DNA of 63,704 nucleotides, filler included, from Octopus bimaculoides (Eukaryota), in the NCBI RefSeq assembly GCF_001194135.2. It is 7 parts of 5 records of this genome, joined end to end, with 100 filler letters (N's around TTAATTAATTAA, not from the genome) between each part and the next. Parts side by side here need not be neighbours in the genome. Positions count along the whole stretch, not along the records: positions 1 to 14,235 come from NC_068989.1; 6 more parts are not named here. The stretch is one strand, 5' to 3'. How positions within the stretch are numbered: the stretch's first letter is position 1; the number at the start of each line of letters is the position of its first letter. The notes below the pieces were generated by a model. The model ran no database searches. It had not been told where the DNA came from and saw nothing but the letters and a program-made list of their open reading frames with translations. The translations under genes and the position numbers were made by a program. Shown here one piece after another: positions 1-12,800 of the stretch.

Positions 1-649
1 TATATACACATACATATATGCACATATATATGTGTGTTTGTGTGCGTGCGTATGTGTGTCTGCATTAATAATATTGATATATCTAAGCTGACACTTTTTT
101 TCCTTTCCATTATTACTGAGAAACAGGCAAAATATCAGTTCTCCGTTGAATTCTATCGGCGCTCTTTTATGTCGAGTTACATGGTCCTTTTAAAAGTAGG
201 AAAGTACTAGATGGTACAGTTGATTGATAAATAATTTACATGATATTTAGTCTCGGTCTGTGTGTATGGAAATGAAACTTCACGTTTAAGGTTGTGTACT
301 ATTAAATGAAAAATTATGACCATCCTATTATCAGCCCCGCTAGACGATCAAGTAAATCGCAAATAGAAATCAAAGTGAAAGTGTAACATTAAAAAAAACT
401 ATGTAATTCAACGGAAGACGAGGCAGTATAATCTGTTGTATTTTAGATTTTCAATATTTGGAGAATATTTATGTTCGTGTGTCTGTTTAGTTATGTAACA
501 GTAATCGATTATAACTTCACTTAACGTTGAGCAGATGTGAAAAATGTATGGAAAATGTAATATATATGCATTAATGCATGGCGAATTTGGTTTTTTCTTC
601 CGTCTCTTATGTACATGTGCGTGTGTGAGTGTTATTTTGTGTGTGTCTG

Positions 650-705
<56 letters not shown>

Positions 706-1378
706 NNNNNNNNNNNNNNNNNNNNNNNNNNNNNNNNNNNNNNNNNNNNNNNNNNNNNNNNNNNNNNNNNNNNNNNNNNNNNNNNNNNNNNNNNNNNNNN
801 NNNNNNNNNNNNNNNNNNNNNNNNNNNNNNNNNNNNNNNNNNNNNNNNNNNNNNNNNNNNNNNNNNNNNNNNNNNNNNNNNNNNNNNNNNNNNNNNNNNN
901 NNNNNNNNNNNNNNNNNNNNNNNNNNNNNNNNNNNNNNNNNNNNNNNNNNNNNNNNNNNNNNNNNNNNNNNNNNNNNNNNNNNNNNNNNNNNNNNNNNNN
1001 NNNNNNNNNNNNNNNNNNNNNNNNNNNNNNNNNNNNNNNNNNNNNNNNNNNNNNNNNNNNNNNNNNNNNNNNNNNNNNNNNNNNNNNNNNNNNNNNNNNN
1101 NNNNNNNNNNNNNNNNNNNNNNNNNNNNNNNNNNNNNNNNNNNNNNNNNNNNNNNNNNNNNNNNNNNNNNNNNNNNNNNNNNNNNNNNNNNNNNNNNNNN
1201 NNNNNNNNNNNNNNNNNNNNNNNNNNNNNNNNNNNNNNNNNNNNNNNNNNNNNNNNNNNNNNNNNNNNNNNNNNNNNNNNNNNNNNNNNNNNNNNNNNNN
1301 NNNNNNNNNNNNNNNNNNNNNNNNNNNNNNNNNNNNNNNNNNNNNNNNNNNNNNNNNNNNNNNNNNNNNNNNNNNNNN

Positions 1379-1420
<42 letters not shown>

Positions 1421-1470
1421 CATGTGTGTATATATGTATGTATGTATGTATTTTCTCAATATATACATAT

Positions 1471-1520
1471 AACGCGGAAAAATATATAAATAGTTAGCAG
1501 GGTAGCAAAATTTCACCTAA
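1471..1520. repeat. 50-bp direct repeat, copy 1 (partner at 2653-2702), flanking the PLE ORF fragment
   Basis: aacgcggaaaaatatataaatagttagcagggtagcaaaatttcacctaa versus aacacggaaacatatataaatagttacaagggtagcaacatttcacgtaa: 44/50 identical. Confidence 0.8.
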
Positions 1521-1959
1521 GTGCCAAGGATGTTACCGCCTACTTATAAACGTAGGAATTCCAGGGTTTAGTGAAATGATTTTAGATTACATAAATGAAT
1601 TTAAAAATGGAGTTCTTCCGACATATGTTTTGAAGAAAGCATTGGTATTATTCCTGAGGGAATAAAATAATGTAAAACAATGTAATTGTCTCGTCAGGGA
1701 AAACAGAGAAACAAAACACATCAATAAGCCTTTTTAACGGAATGTGATTATCCGGTATATGATGAAGGGAACGCTGGCAAGTTTTCTTTTTTTTAATCCG
1801 TTAATCGACTTAACGACAAAGGCAATTTAGAGAGTGGGAAGTAGGAGAAAAAAAGAAATGAACAGAAAATTAATAGTGAAGAAATATAGTGCAATAGGTT
1901 TGCGGAAATAAACTTAAAGGCGTGTAAATAGATATGTGTAGTGGAAATGAAACGTAAGA

Positions 1960-2590
1960 AGACAGTTAAAAGTCGAATTTTATGGATTGGTAAGTAAGTC
2001 GTAAGGTTGGGTTATTAAAAACATTTGGCTTGTGATCGTTTAAGATAAAGCAAGGCTGTTTGGGATCAAGAGGTTCAGTCCTTATCTGTGAGTCATATTT
2101 CTCCATAATTTTCTTAGCCTCCATATAATTCTTCTGTATTTCTTTTCTAAGCAATTCTAGGTAGTAATCCTCGGTAAGTCTGTATAAGTTCTTTGAATTA
2201 TCAGATTAAGCCCGTATCTCATCGATATTATGAATTTCTTTGGTGATATTGTGAAAATACCCCAGATGCTTATTCGTTAAGGGTGAACGATGGAATTTCA
2301 CATTCCTCACGATAGTCCAGAGATAATCTTTAAACTATTTCAATCTTGGTTCAGGTGGATGATGGTTTTTAGATTTAAACCATTCCTTGAATTCAGAAGC
2401 TTAGAGTGTTAGAAGGTTGTTTCATGTCTTTATTATCAAAGAAGTAAGCAAGCCATCTAATACGGTTAATAAAGGTGTTTGTCTTACTAATGTGTTGGCT
2501 AAGGAAAACCTTCCTTGGGGGAATGGGTATAACCTTAAGAGATGCGTTTATATCAAATAACTCCATATGTAGTAAGTAGTTTATTTGCAG
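1960..2590 (-). pseudogene. Decayed Penelope-like element (PLE) ORF, N-terminal/pre-RT region
   Basis: Minus-strand translation across frameshifts and stops gives ...SKTNTFINRIRWLAYFFDNK...FKSKNHHPPEPRLK*FKDYLWTIVRNVKF...SDNSKNLYRLTEDYYLELLRKEIQKNY...QPCFILNDHKPNVFNNPTLRL. This matches the FINRMRWKAFF / ADKTTNLY / PAFITLKDHKxNFxNNPxCRL motif series I recognise from invertebrate PLE ORFs. Confidence 0.75.
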
Positions 2591-2652
2591 GTTGTATAGA
2601 AACCTGGTTGAGGTGTATATAAATGTATGCGTATTTTTTGATGTGTATAAAT

Positions 2653-2702
2653 AACACGGAAACATATATAAATAGTTACAAGGGTAGCAACATTTCACGT
2701 AA
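2653..2702. repeat. 50-bp direct repeat, copy 2 (partner at 1471-1520)
   Basis: Same alignment as copy 1; lies immediately 5' of the PLE ORF on the minus strand. Confidence 0.8.
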
Positions 2703-2739
2703 ATCCATTTCTTAATTTCTCTCTCTCACCTTCTCTCTC

Positions 2740-2780
<41 letters not shown>

Positions 2781-2896
2781 ATATATATATATNNNNNNNN
2801 NNNNNNNNNNNNNNNNNNNNNNNNNNNNNNNNNNNNNNNNNNNNNNNNNNNNNNNNNNNNNNNNNNNNNNNNNNNNNNNNNNAATATAACAAAAAA

Positions 2897-2938
2897 AACT
2901 GTTACTCTGAGTTTCACGTTCCCGTTCATCGGACAGTT
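2897..2938 (-). ncRNA. Minimal type I hammerhead ribozyme, antisense twin of the 2944-2989 copy
   Basis: Minus strand reads aactgt-CCGAUGA-acg-GGAA-cgt-GAA-actc-a-gagt-A-acagtt. Stem I is fully Watson-Crick here; predicted cleavage after 2903. Confidence 0.8.
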
Positions 2939-2943
2939 CTAAC

Positions 2944-2989
2944 AAAACTGTCCGATGAACGGGAACGTGAAACTCAGAGTAACGGTTTT
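2944..2989 (+). ncRNA. Minimal type I hammerhead ribozyme (U4C core variant), PLE-terminus associated
   Basis: Stem I aaaactgt(2944-51)/acggtttt(2982-89); core CCGAUGA (2952-58); stem II acg-GGAA-cgt (2959-68); GAA (2969-71); stem III actc-a-gagt (2972-80); predicted GUA cleavage after 2981. Confidence 0.8.
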
Positions 2990-3090
2990 TTTGTTATATT
3001 TCTGCTGCTTTTAAATAAAGCATATTACTCTACCTCTGGTATTTGAGTACTCTTTTTTCCACCTTGTTGCACATTTCATGTGCTTACTCC

Positions 3091-3126
<36 letters not shown>

Positions 3127-5252
3127 CTATATTTATCCCGTCACCAACTTTGTTTATAGTCTATGACTATGCACTGATGTTTGTTAATCGGAGGCAATCT
3201 TCGAGGTCTTTCTAATCTATTGTATATTAGAGATGAATTCGATATACTCAATTCATTTTATATATGCCAAAGAGAATAGATAAATTTATAAATATCTCAC
3301 CTATTTCATCGATAAAAGATGTAACTGTCATGACTGTAACAGTTAATGAATAAAGTCATGATTTTGTTGAGTCACCTTTGCATGTTGCATAACTGTACTT
3401 TCTCATGAATACAAGGGCAAAACAACCCCTTTTAGAAATATCACTATAGAACATTCGACAAAGTTGAAGCACGATAAAACATTGGAGAGGGATAGAAAGA
3501 AAAAAGTAAAACAAGAACGCAGTGATTTAATGTTGCTTTTTTGTTATTAAATATTATTTAAATCTCCCATAGACTTGTATTGCAGAAACCATTCTACTTT
3601 AAATATTTTCGGTTTTAAACTGCATTTTGCGTTTCGTTTTTCTTCTTCTCATCTTCATTTGCCTACATTTGTTTGTTCTATACAAAAGTCGAGTTGTTTA
3701 GATTGAAATTCTGATGCCGTCATTACTTTATTTTGACCTATCAAATAAAATTCAATAACTCATCGGCAATTTTCAGGCTATTTCAGTATGGTAATTTGCG
3801 TGTAGAAATTCAAATAATATCACAATAATGATTCAGCGTTGTTTAGACAATCGGATTATTTTGTAGTGATATTTTCTTCTGATTGATTGCTCCCAACAGA
3901 ATTTAGGCATAGCACTCCTTATTCTAGAAAATGCAATGTTTTAGCTAGTTTGAAAATATATTGATGTGATGAATATCCACTTCCTCCATCTGTACAGGGA
4001 GTCGACAATGTGTGCTTTCGAAAATGTAATAGACAGACCAGAATTAGCAAGTGGTAAATGCATATTTGTGTGCATATATGTATATCTGTATGTGCATATA
4101 TAAAATTGTATATATATATTTGTTTGTGTGTGTATATGAATGTATGTAATAATATATATGTGCATGTGTAGGGAGAGAGAGATGGGGAGATAAAGGATAT
4201 AGAGATGATAGACAGAGAATAAAAAAGTGAAAAAGAGATGATATGCAGAGACAGAGCGAATTAAAAAGGGGATAACATTCTGAGAAATATATTTAATCGA
4301 ACGAGGCATTAGTGCAACAATTTCAACCTCTGCTACGGAGAACATTTCAGAATGTTGCTAATATAAGTTTATCTGTATATGGAACTGAAACCCTTGTAGA
4401 TCTTATTCGTATAAAACATCACTTCGGTCTTACAAACTCATACCTTACTCAAACAGCTTTCCCTGAAATAAAGTAGGAACTTTTCCATAACCTTTTACAT
4501 CAAGCTTATGACAGAAAGAAATCTATAAGAATTGTAATTTTGAAGGAGAGTGAAAGAGAGAGGGAGAGAGAGAAAGGGAGTTTGTGAGAGAAAGAAAGAA
4601 AGGCAGTGTTTGTGTGTGTGACAGAGAGAGAGAAGGGGGATGTTTATGTGTGTGAATGAGAAAGAAGGAGAGTGATTGTGTTTGTGTGTGAGAGAGGGGA
4701 GAGGGAGAGAGAGAGGGCATAGGAAGTTATCGTCTCCTCTAGTTCCTGTATCGCTAACTTACATTTTTGTATATAAGACAATGACAGTGTGTATCGGCTC
4801 ATATCACTTATGGAAAAATGTACAGCCTAGCCAATTGATCTATTGGAAATATGGTCCAAATGCACCTCAAATTACATTTAGCTTTTTCAGCTATTATTTT
4901 CGGTAATTACGTTTATGATATGCAAATATTATACCCTTAAGGAAAAATTTTTAAAAAGAGAGAACAAAACAATAAATAAACATCATTACCTTACAGCTGT
5001 TTCTGTATAAGATGCAACGGCCCCATACATGAGTACCTGAATAACACGCTCTAGCTCCATGGGAGGCCCCGAGTATGAAGTGCAATTTATCTCAATTTCT
5101 TATTACCACGCTATACTCCTCTAACCTTTCGTTCTGAAGCTTACGCATATTGAGTTATTCACCAAGTTGTTTGTCTCACAATAAGTTAGCGAAATATTAG
5201 AGCACACACCCAAACAAACGCACACATATATACACACATATATGTATGTCGT

Positions 5253-5283
<31 letters not shown>

Positions 5284-5332
5284 ATTTATAACAATCATTC
5301 TATCTATCTATCTATCTTATTAAAAAAAATTT

Positions 5333-5536
5333 TTTTATTGTCATAAGGGGCTAAACATAGAGGTAACAAGCACGGACAGACAAACGTATTCAGTCGATTA
5401 CATCGACACCAGTGCGTAACTGGTACTTTACTCATCGACCCAGAAAGGATGAAAAGCAACGTCGACCTCGGCGGAATTTTAATTTAGAACGTAACGGCAG
5501 ACGAAATACCGCTATGCATTTCACCCGCCGTGTTAT
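5333..5536 (-). mobile_element. tRNA-derived SINE family A, tail type i
   Basis: Reverse complement matches the copies at 51179-51625: gtcgactttgcctttcatcc core, aagtaccagttacgcactgg, tail atgtttagccccttatgacaataaaa. Confidence 0.85.
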
Positions 5537-5548
5537 CTATCTATCCAT

Positions 5549-5600
<52 letters not shown>

Positions 5601-5665
5601 ATATATATATATATATATATATATANNNNNNNNNNNNNNNNNNNNNNNNNNNNNNNNNNNNNNNN

Positions 5666-5710
<45 letters not shown>

Positions 5711-7211
5711 ACGATTCTAAACGAAGAGAAAACCCCAAGGCAGTAGTGTTTACTTTATTGTTTTCAGTTTTTCTTAATCTTCTGCTACATCAAACTTCAT
5801 TTGCTGAGTATTTTTCTATTTTCATTTACCGACAAAAAATGTTTAAGACATGTTTTGTAGATGGAGAAATCATTTTTTTGTAGTTATAACTATATCTAAT
5901 TCCCTTCTTGGAAAATTGAAACGATAACATAATGTTCTGCATTTCCTTGTTTCTCAGCTCCCTACCGCCGTGATTTCACGACTCCCTTTAGGAATTCGTG
6001 AATAAATATATCGACTTTAAGTTACTACAAATATGGAAACTATTGATTCTGCTCAACAATATTAACTATGTTGAAAATGATTGCATAGTAACTTTCCAGC
6101 ATGCCATTCAAAATTCAATAAAATCTTTTTTTATTTGTATTTGATATCCGTAAATAAACAATAATTGCGTTTTACTTTTAATTCATACTCTATCCAAAAT
6201 ATCTGAAGGTTTTTTTTTTAAGATACTGAAAGTTTTATACCAATTGGATAAGAAATATGTTTCTAAAAAAGTTTTGTCACAGAACCTGTTTAATATGCGT
6301 AAATCATGAGGCAGGAAAGAAGCTAAAAATAAAACAGATGCAAAAAAATTATGTTAACCACAGCAAAATATGTTTTTTTCTCTGGGAAACGAGCAACCAG
6401 TATTCCATGATGTAAATAAAGTTCCCCTTTCAGCAGATAAAAATGATGCTACGGGTATAACGATTGCATGTATGCGCAAGTTCGAATTTTGATAATTACG
6501 CATATGCAACGTTCTACGTCTGTATATTACTTAGCCTGAATACTTATTTTAAGACCCTAATGGCATAAACACAACAACTCGGGTATCGAATGCAAACCTT
6601 TGTATTTACTGTTCTTTTTATTGATGTTCAGAAATCACGATATCACGTCCCACAAAGTTAAGCTGCGCTGATATGAAGTAAATAAGGAAAAGGAAAAAAA
6701 ATGAGGTAGAACCAATCAGTTAAAGGACTTTATGACATAGCAAGCAATACCCCTGAGCAAAATACGTAAGTTTTTCTTAGTTTCAGAAAATTCCAAATAG
6801 ATTTTTTTTTGTTACCTTAAAATGAGGAATTTTTTGAAGAAAAAATGCAGATAAAATTAATGCATTATATCAGAATAAAATACGTATTCATCCAAAATGC
6901 ATGAAACAAACAATACTGTGATGGATAATGTTAATATTAGAGAATATTCATCATAAGTATTGGTATAAATACAAAATATTTTTTTGTAGTTAATGTTTGA
7001 TGACGCTGTTAGGAATACAATATTCTAAAATCCCATTTTTCACCAATGTTAAGTGTAAGTGTTGTCGGCGTAAGTATTAAAGTAGTATCGAATGAGTTCA
7101 AAAATGAAAAATTGGAAGGCTACAGATTTGTTTTTTTTTATTTTCTCCACACGAATAAAGGATGGCGTTCTATTCGTTTACGTTGTCATCCTTCTGAAGA
7201 ATATGACACTG

Positions 7212-7256
<45 letters not shown>

Positions 7257-9607
7257 TTAATAATAATAAAGCGCAATAAATTGGTTTCCCTATCACAACA
7301 GATTTGTGCCTAAATAATAACATTAGGCAATAAGCTCCATTACAAGCGTAACGTATTGGTACGATAAAGGTCTATTTGAACTTCTCATACGGTCGAACAA
7401 CTGATGTTGAAATACTGCCAATCATTCCTATTATACTGTTGATGCAAGTTGCCTACACTAACCCATCAGAAGCAATAACATCGCTTTTTGTTATAATTGA
7501 TTGTTCGGCATCCTTTTGTGTAAATATTCTATGACTTCTCTATTCGTACGTATTTCTTCACTGTGAGTGCTTGTTTAAACTATAAAAAAAAATTCAGCCT
7601 ATTAAAGCTGTTTAATTCTTTACTCATATTGTTAAAAGAACAATCGATCAAAGTTAAGTTTCTCTCACTTGTCATGGTTTCAACTGTCAATTGTTAGACA
7701 TACCAGATTGAAAATCGAATAAACCAACTGACATATCTCTATAAAACTACTAGTGTTCAGTCTCAATTGATGTATTTCATCCGTTCTTGTAAGGCGGACA
7801 AACTTTAAGTAATAGTGAAAGCTATTATGAGATACTTTTACGGATACAAGAGTTAAGTTATCTGATAATTATGTTTAGAAAAAAGTATTTTGTTTGATAT
7901 CTGTTTTAAGATAAGTTTACATAAGCGGCATGGTATTCTTCATAATAACATGAATCTTACAGAACCTCATTTCCTACTTCTAAAAATATATTTGTTATCG
8001 AAGTAATACAAAAGAATATGCGCGAGTTCAAATTTACAAACGTAATTCAGTAACTCAGCACTAAGGAGTATTGTATAAATTCTTTATTTATGTACGTAAG
8101 ATATGTTAGAAAACGTATGGATGCACAGGAGTACGAGTTACCACGGAAAAAAATTGCATGATAGGAGAACTATAAATTTTGTAAAAGACGGGAGAACAGC
8201 CAAATAATTTTACTGCACAAAAATGCCCAGCCGAAATACATGTGTCCAATTATCTTGGTATTAAAGGCGATAATGTTTTTAAACATCGTTCTGCTATAAC
8301 AACGTGAGCAACTCCAGTTTTTTTTATGTTTATAACAGAAAAACAAATCACAAGTTTGTTTATATTAACGGAGCTCTCATGTACACACACGGCATAACAT
8401 TTATTCACATACATCTACACACACACACAAACTTACATGCACTATTACCCCATACATCTTTTTAGGGACTCTAACTCCAGCGGGAGAAGTGTGATATTTT
8501 TTAAATCAGAGTTAAATGTGAAATACACCGACAGGGATGTAAAAACACTACATAACGCCGATGACATCAAAGAAATATTAAAAAAATTTCACTGTCCTGT
8601 CACTGTCCTGCCACTTCACAATAGGCACTTTCAGATTTCCTTCGATTGCAAAGTAAATACAATTTACTACTAGTTAAAATAGTGAGCAGGTATTATGATT
8701 ATATTCATATAGCTTGATGCACTCAGCAATTCTCCTGTTTTTTTTGTTTTGTTTTACTAATAGTGCTATTCGTTTTTGCCCAGTTGACCACTAACCAAGT
8801 AATCTTATAATTATTTTGTTTACTGAATTATATCTTCCAGCTTGTCATTTTGTTGTAGTATAAATCGATTCTTATTTCTAGCATGCCAAGCAAAAGCAGC
8901 TTTTTCTCTAGTGTCTCTTTTTGTGGCGGTAGATATTTGTATAGTTAAGCAATAAAAATGAACAATATGATTCAAATAGTGGTGAGAGGGAGAGATAAAT
9001 ATTTATTTCTAAATAAGAAAAATAAATCGGCGATATATGAGGAGATATATATTACAATAAATTTATATTTAATATAAAAGCTATAAGAAATCGGATATTG
9101 AGACGAAAAGATCGCTCAGATAATGTTAGACATTAAACTGAATCTTCGATCCTAAACTCTTTCGTGGATCAACTATTTTGTTCCGTATCTTCATATTTTT
9201 AATGCAACCGGAAACCGGAGTGAGGTTTTACTTTCGATTTAATTGCTTTTCTCGTTTGAACGAAGTCTTTCAACTCACTATATTATATATTGTATTTGGT
9301 TTTAATACGATGAACGACTGCCTGATGAATTTTCAATCGTCTTTACTGTTGATAATAATAATCAGGGTCGTTGCCTTCTCTCTAATTCCATATATAAATC
9401 GATTGATCTAGTAGTTATCAGCAGATGAATTTACTTCGTTGAGGAGGATTCATAATGAAACATGTTCTTTGCTTTAAAAATTCCGTTTTAAAGGTACGAT
9501 CCACTTTTATCTTCATTGTCCAAAATTTTCCATCAGCCTATCTTATTAAAGTCAATTACCTGTTGAATATACTGAAGGTTATATATAAATGTGTGTGTGT
9601 GTGTGAG

Positions 9608-9668
<61 letters not shown>

Positions 9669-9770
9669 NNNNNNNNNNNNNNNNNNNNNNNNNNNNNNNN
9701 NNNNNNNNNNNNNNNNNNNNNNNNNNNNNNNNNNNNNNNNNNNNNNNNNNNNNNNNNNNNNNNNNNNNNN

Positions 9771-9838
<68 letters not shown>

Positions 9839-12800
9839 TCATATAGAAATATACATATGTATTTTATCCTGCATAGGTTCAAATGTAGTTTTTATTAACG
9901 CATATACATTTTCTCTCTCAGTATATGGTTTACCAAGTGTTTCAATCATAAAGCAATTTTCCACGGTGATATACTGTTCCGATATACATAAAAGGGAATA
10001 AAGATAAAGCACCAGTTATGAATATAATGATTATTACATGCGATACTATTCATGCCAACCAACATAAAGTATACTTGTTAAATACGTACTTGTACAAATC
10101 TTAGCTTATAGCCGAATCGCTTCATTTCTATCATTATTTGCAGTCAAAACGCTAAAACCTGAATTCATATAGATTCACATTTTAACTCTTCATGTGTATA
10201 ATTTCTCTGTTACTATATATTTACGAACTAGAAATTTCTCTTATTATCGCTTCATTTACCTCCAGGCTACCATTATCTATCCATACTTTTACAGCTTTTA
10301 TACTTGAGTAATCTCCAGAGAAGGATCTAAAGTAAAATGCAAGCTTCTAGCTAAACAATTCCTTGTTAAAGGAAATTTCCCATACCAGTTCTCCAGATAT
10401 CTTCACGGGATGATGAATACCATACCCTAATAAATATATGTATATTGGCAGGAATTAATATTTCAATATCGCATTATATAAATAACAACTTAGTTGGTTG
10501 TAAGTTACAACGGGTCAGTGACATTATATTTACGAAGGTGAGTGTAGCATGTAAGTTTCAGTTTAACTCAGGCAAATCAACTACCAACAGATATTTTTGC
10601 GTACAGGCAAACATATCTGTTCATTGCTTCTCACACTAGCCTAAACATTATTTGCTGACCCTAAACCGACAAAATATGAACACAGATGGACATACATACC
10701 TATAGATACATTTGTGTATACAAACGTATGCATGGTTGAGTGCGTTTAAGATTAAAATATCTGAAGTTACACATATATAAGTGACGAATTGGCAGGGTAT
10801 GTAGAGTGCGAAATGCGGGAGTTACTAGTGCATCGAACGAATGACTTTTAGGGTTAGTATTTTTTTCTGAGATTGAAAACCTCCAATCTCAAATTTGTCT
10901 TTCTATTTTATGGTGACTATACATGATTTGCTACTATAGGAAGGAGCATTGGCCGAAACGTTATGATATCACAAGGGAAGCCTTGTGATGTTCGTTGTGG
11001 CTGTTTGTGCTGTGAGTTTAACAGTACGCAGCAGAATGTGTGTGTAGTAAGATTTATCCATCTTTCAATTCAACGTTCCTAAAAAGTGCCTGGGGTGTTT
11101 TAGCACATATAACTCTGTTGCAAGTATTTGGACCAATCCTACCGTTTGATCGTCCTCTCTCTCTCTCTTCCTTCCAGCAGACTGAGAGACATTTATTCTC
11201 TAATCAATAGAAAAATGAATTTAGAAATAAAGTTACGGCCATAGGTTAAGTAAAGTTTTTTTATTTCAGTTAATGGATTTCAGTTAATTTAAAGTCAGTT
11301 CATTTGAGAGTTACGTTTCTCTCTAAATTCCGCGAGGGCTCTGAAGCAGAGGAACTGCTTTTATTGCAAGTCTGAAAGAAAATTTATTCGCGTAATATTT
11401 TGTATGAAGAAGCGATCTGAATTGTACCACAGTCACTAAGAATATTTGACGACTATCGACAAAAATGGAGTAGCCCAACTGTTTCGCTGGTTGCTGAGAA
11501 AGTTCCGAGGTGAGTGATTTTAAGAAGTTAAGGACGTATAATTTCATTGCATAGCTATAAGCTCATTAACGGCATAAACATAACACTTTACAATTTCAAT
11601 AATATATTCTTTGTGCCGATGTACGATACATGATATATCTGAGATTGCTAATGCACACTCACTCTACCACATACTACAAACACGGCCAGATCAACCCTTG
11701 GTTTTGCAAGATGATACTTATGGAAGCTGTCGCACGATGCAATCGAAAAAGGAAATAAGTGGTTACAAACGCAATTTTCCGAAACACGTAATTATACATC
11801 ATTCCATCAATGTAAAGTTTTTTTTATTGTAATTTTTTTATTGTAATTTTTTTATTTACTCTAAGATAACTTTCATTTTCATATGATAACATTTTTGGTC
11901 CTCACTTTTATACAAAAGAAAAGAGTGCAAGTTTACTGCAAGTATCCAAGTTAGATTGAATATATTTAATGTATTTCTCAAACCACCTCTAACTTGTACA
12001 TTAGCTATCCACATTTCTCTGACATCTCTCGAGGGAGAATTTACGTGACCAGTATTTCAACAAGAAATAGCATTCAATTGCCGCATTATATTCGTCAAGA
12101 ATCCACTTCAATATTGAGGTTTTGCACAACTCTTCTTAAAATACAATTGAAAAAATGTTATTTACATCGAGGTTGAACCTCGATAGTACGACAAGCACCG
12201 AATCATCTATTCTCCCTGCCGTTTTACGAAAATGTATTATCACTGTAAGTTTGACGAAGATTACGTCGGTTCAATTAACAATACCTATGGGAACTGTATC
12301 ACCTATTTTACCTGTCGTTCTAAGAGAACGTATCATCATTGCAAGATTGACCACAGTTATATCAGTTTCTGCAGTTCTTGTTTTTCAGCTCCACAAAAAG
12401 TCTTCATAATTTGATTGCTTCAATAAGCATAGATTCTCCACGCAATGCTGCAATTCTTTAAATTTACGAACATTTCCTAATTAACACATTTTCTTACTTG
12501 GCGCAACTGTCAGCAAATGATGTCATAGAAATGAAATTAATTAGGCATAATTACAGCTGACTAGACAACTGATTATTATTAATTATATCCCAGTTGATAA
12601 ATGATAATTTTCTAGACCACAAACGTGGGGAATTTCAATAGTCAACATAATAATGTTGAGTATTTCACTTATACTTTACTTTATTAACCTACAACGCATT
12701 TCGACATACTTGACATTGGCAGGATATGAAGAATGATGCACCGAAATATAGTTAGACGTACCTATTATAGCTGTCTTCTTTTCTAATCAAGAAAAGAATG

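Larger units (their letters stand above)
2883..3090 (+). mobile_element. PLE pseudo-LTR-like terminus with inverted 5' duplication
   Basis: Inverted arms 2883-2938 and 2946-3000 with a 7-nt spacer. The + arm continues into ~90 nt of unique sequence ending at a (TA)n tract. Hammerhead plus inverted junction is the known PLE terminus layout. Confidence 0.6.

Noticed and set aside
544-1516. Long ORFs in the track (here and at 19.3-20.7, 42-44.8, 46.2-47.1, 53.7-55.3 and 60.8-61.7 kb)
   Set aside because: They are made of N-gaps plus (TA)n/(CA)n/(ATAC)n translations (YIYI, CVCV, THTH), not genes.
6631-6768. Plus-strand acceptor/donor pair (ttcAG...ac|GTAAGT); also a GAG|GTGAGT donor at 11510
   Set aside because: The 6.6 kb segment has stops in all three frames, and the 11.5 kb candidate has no recognisable peptide or clear acceptor; splice-like motifs are frequent by chance.
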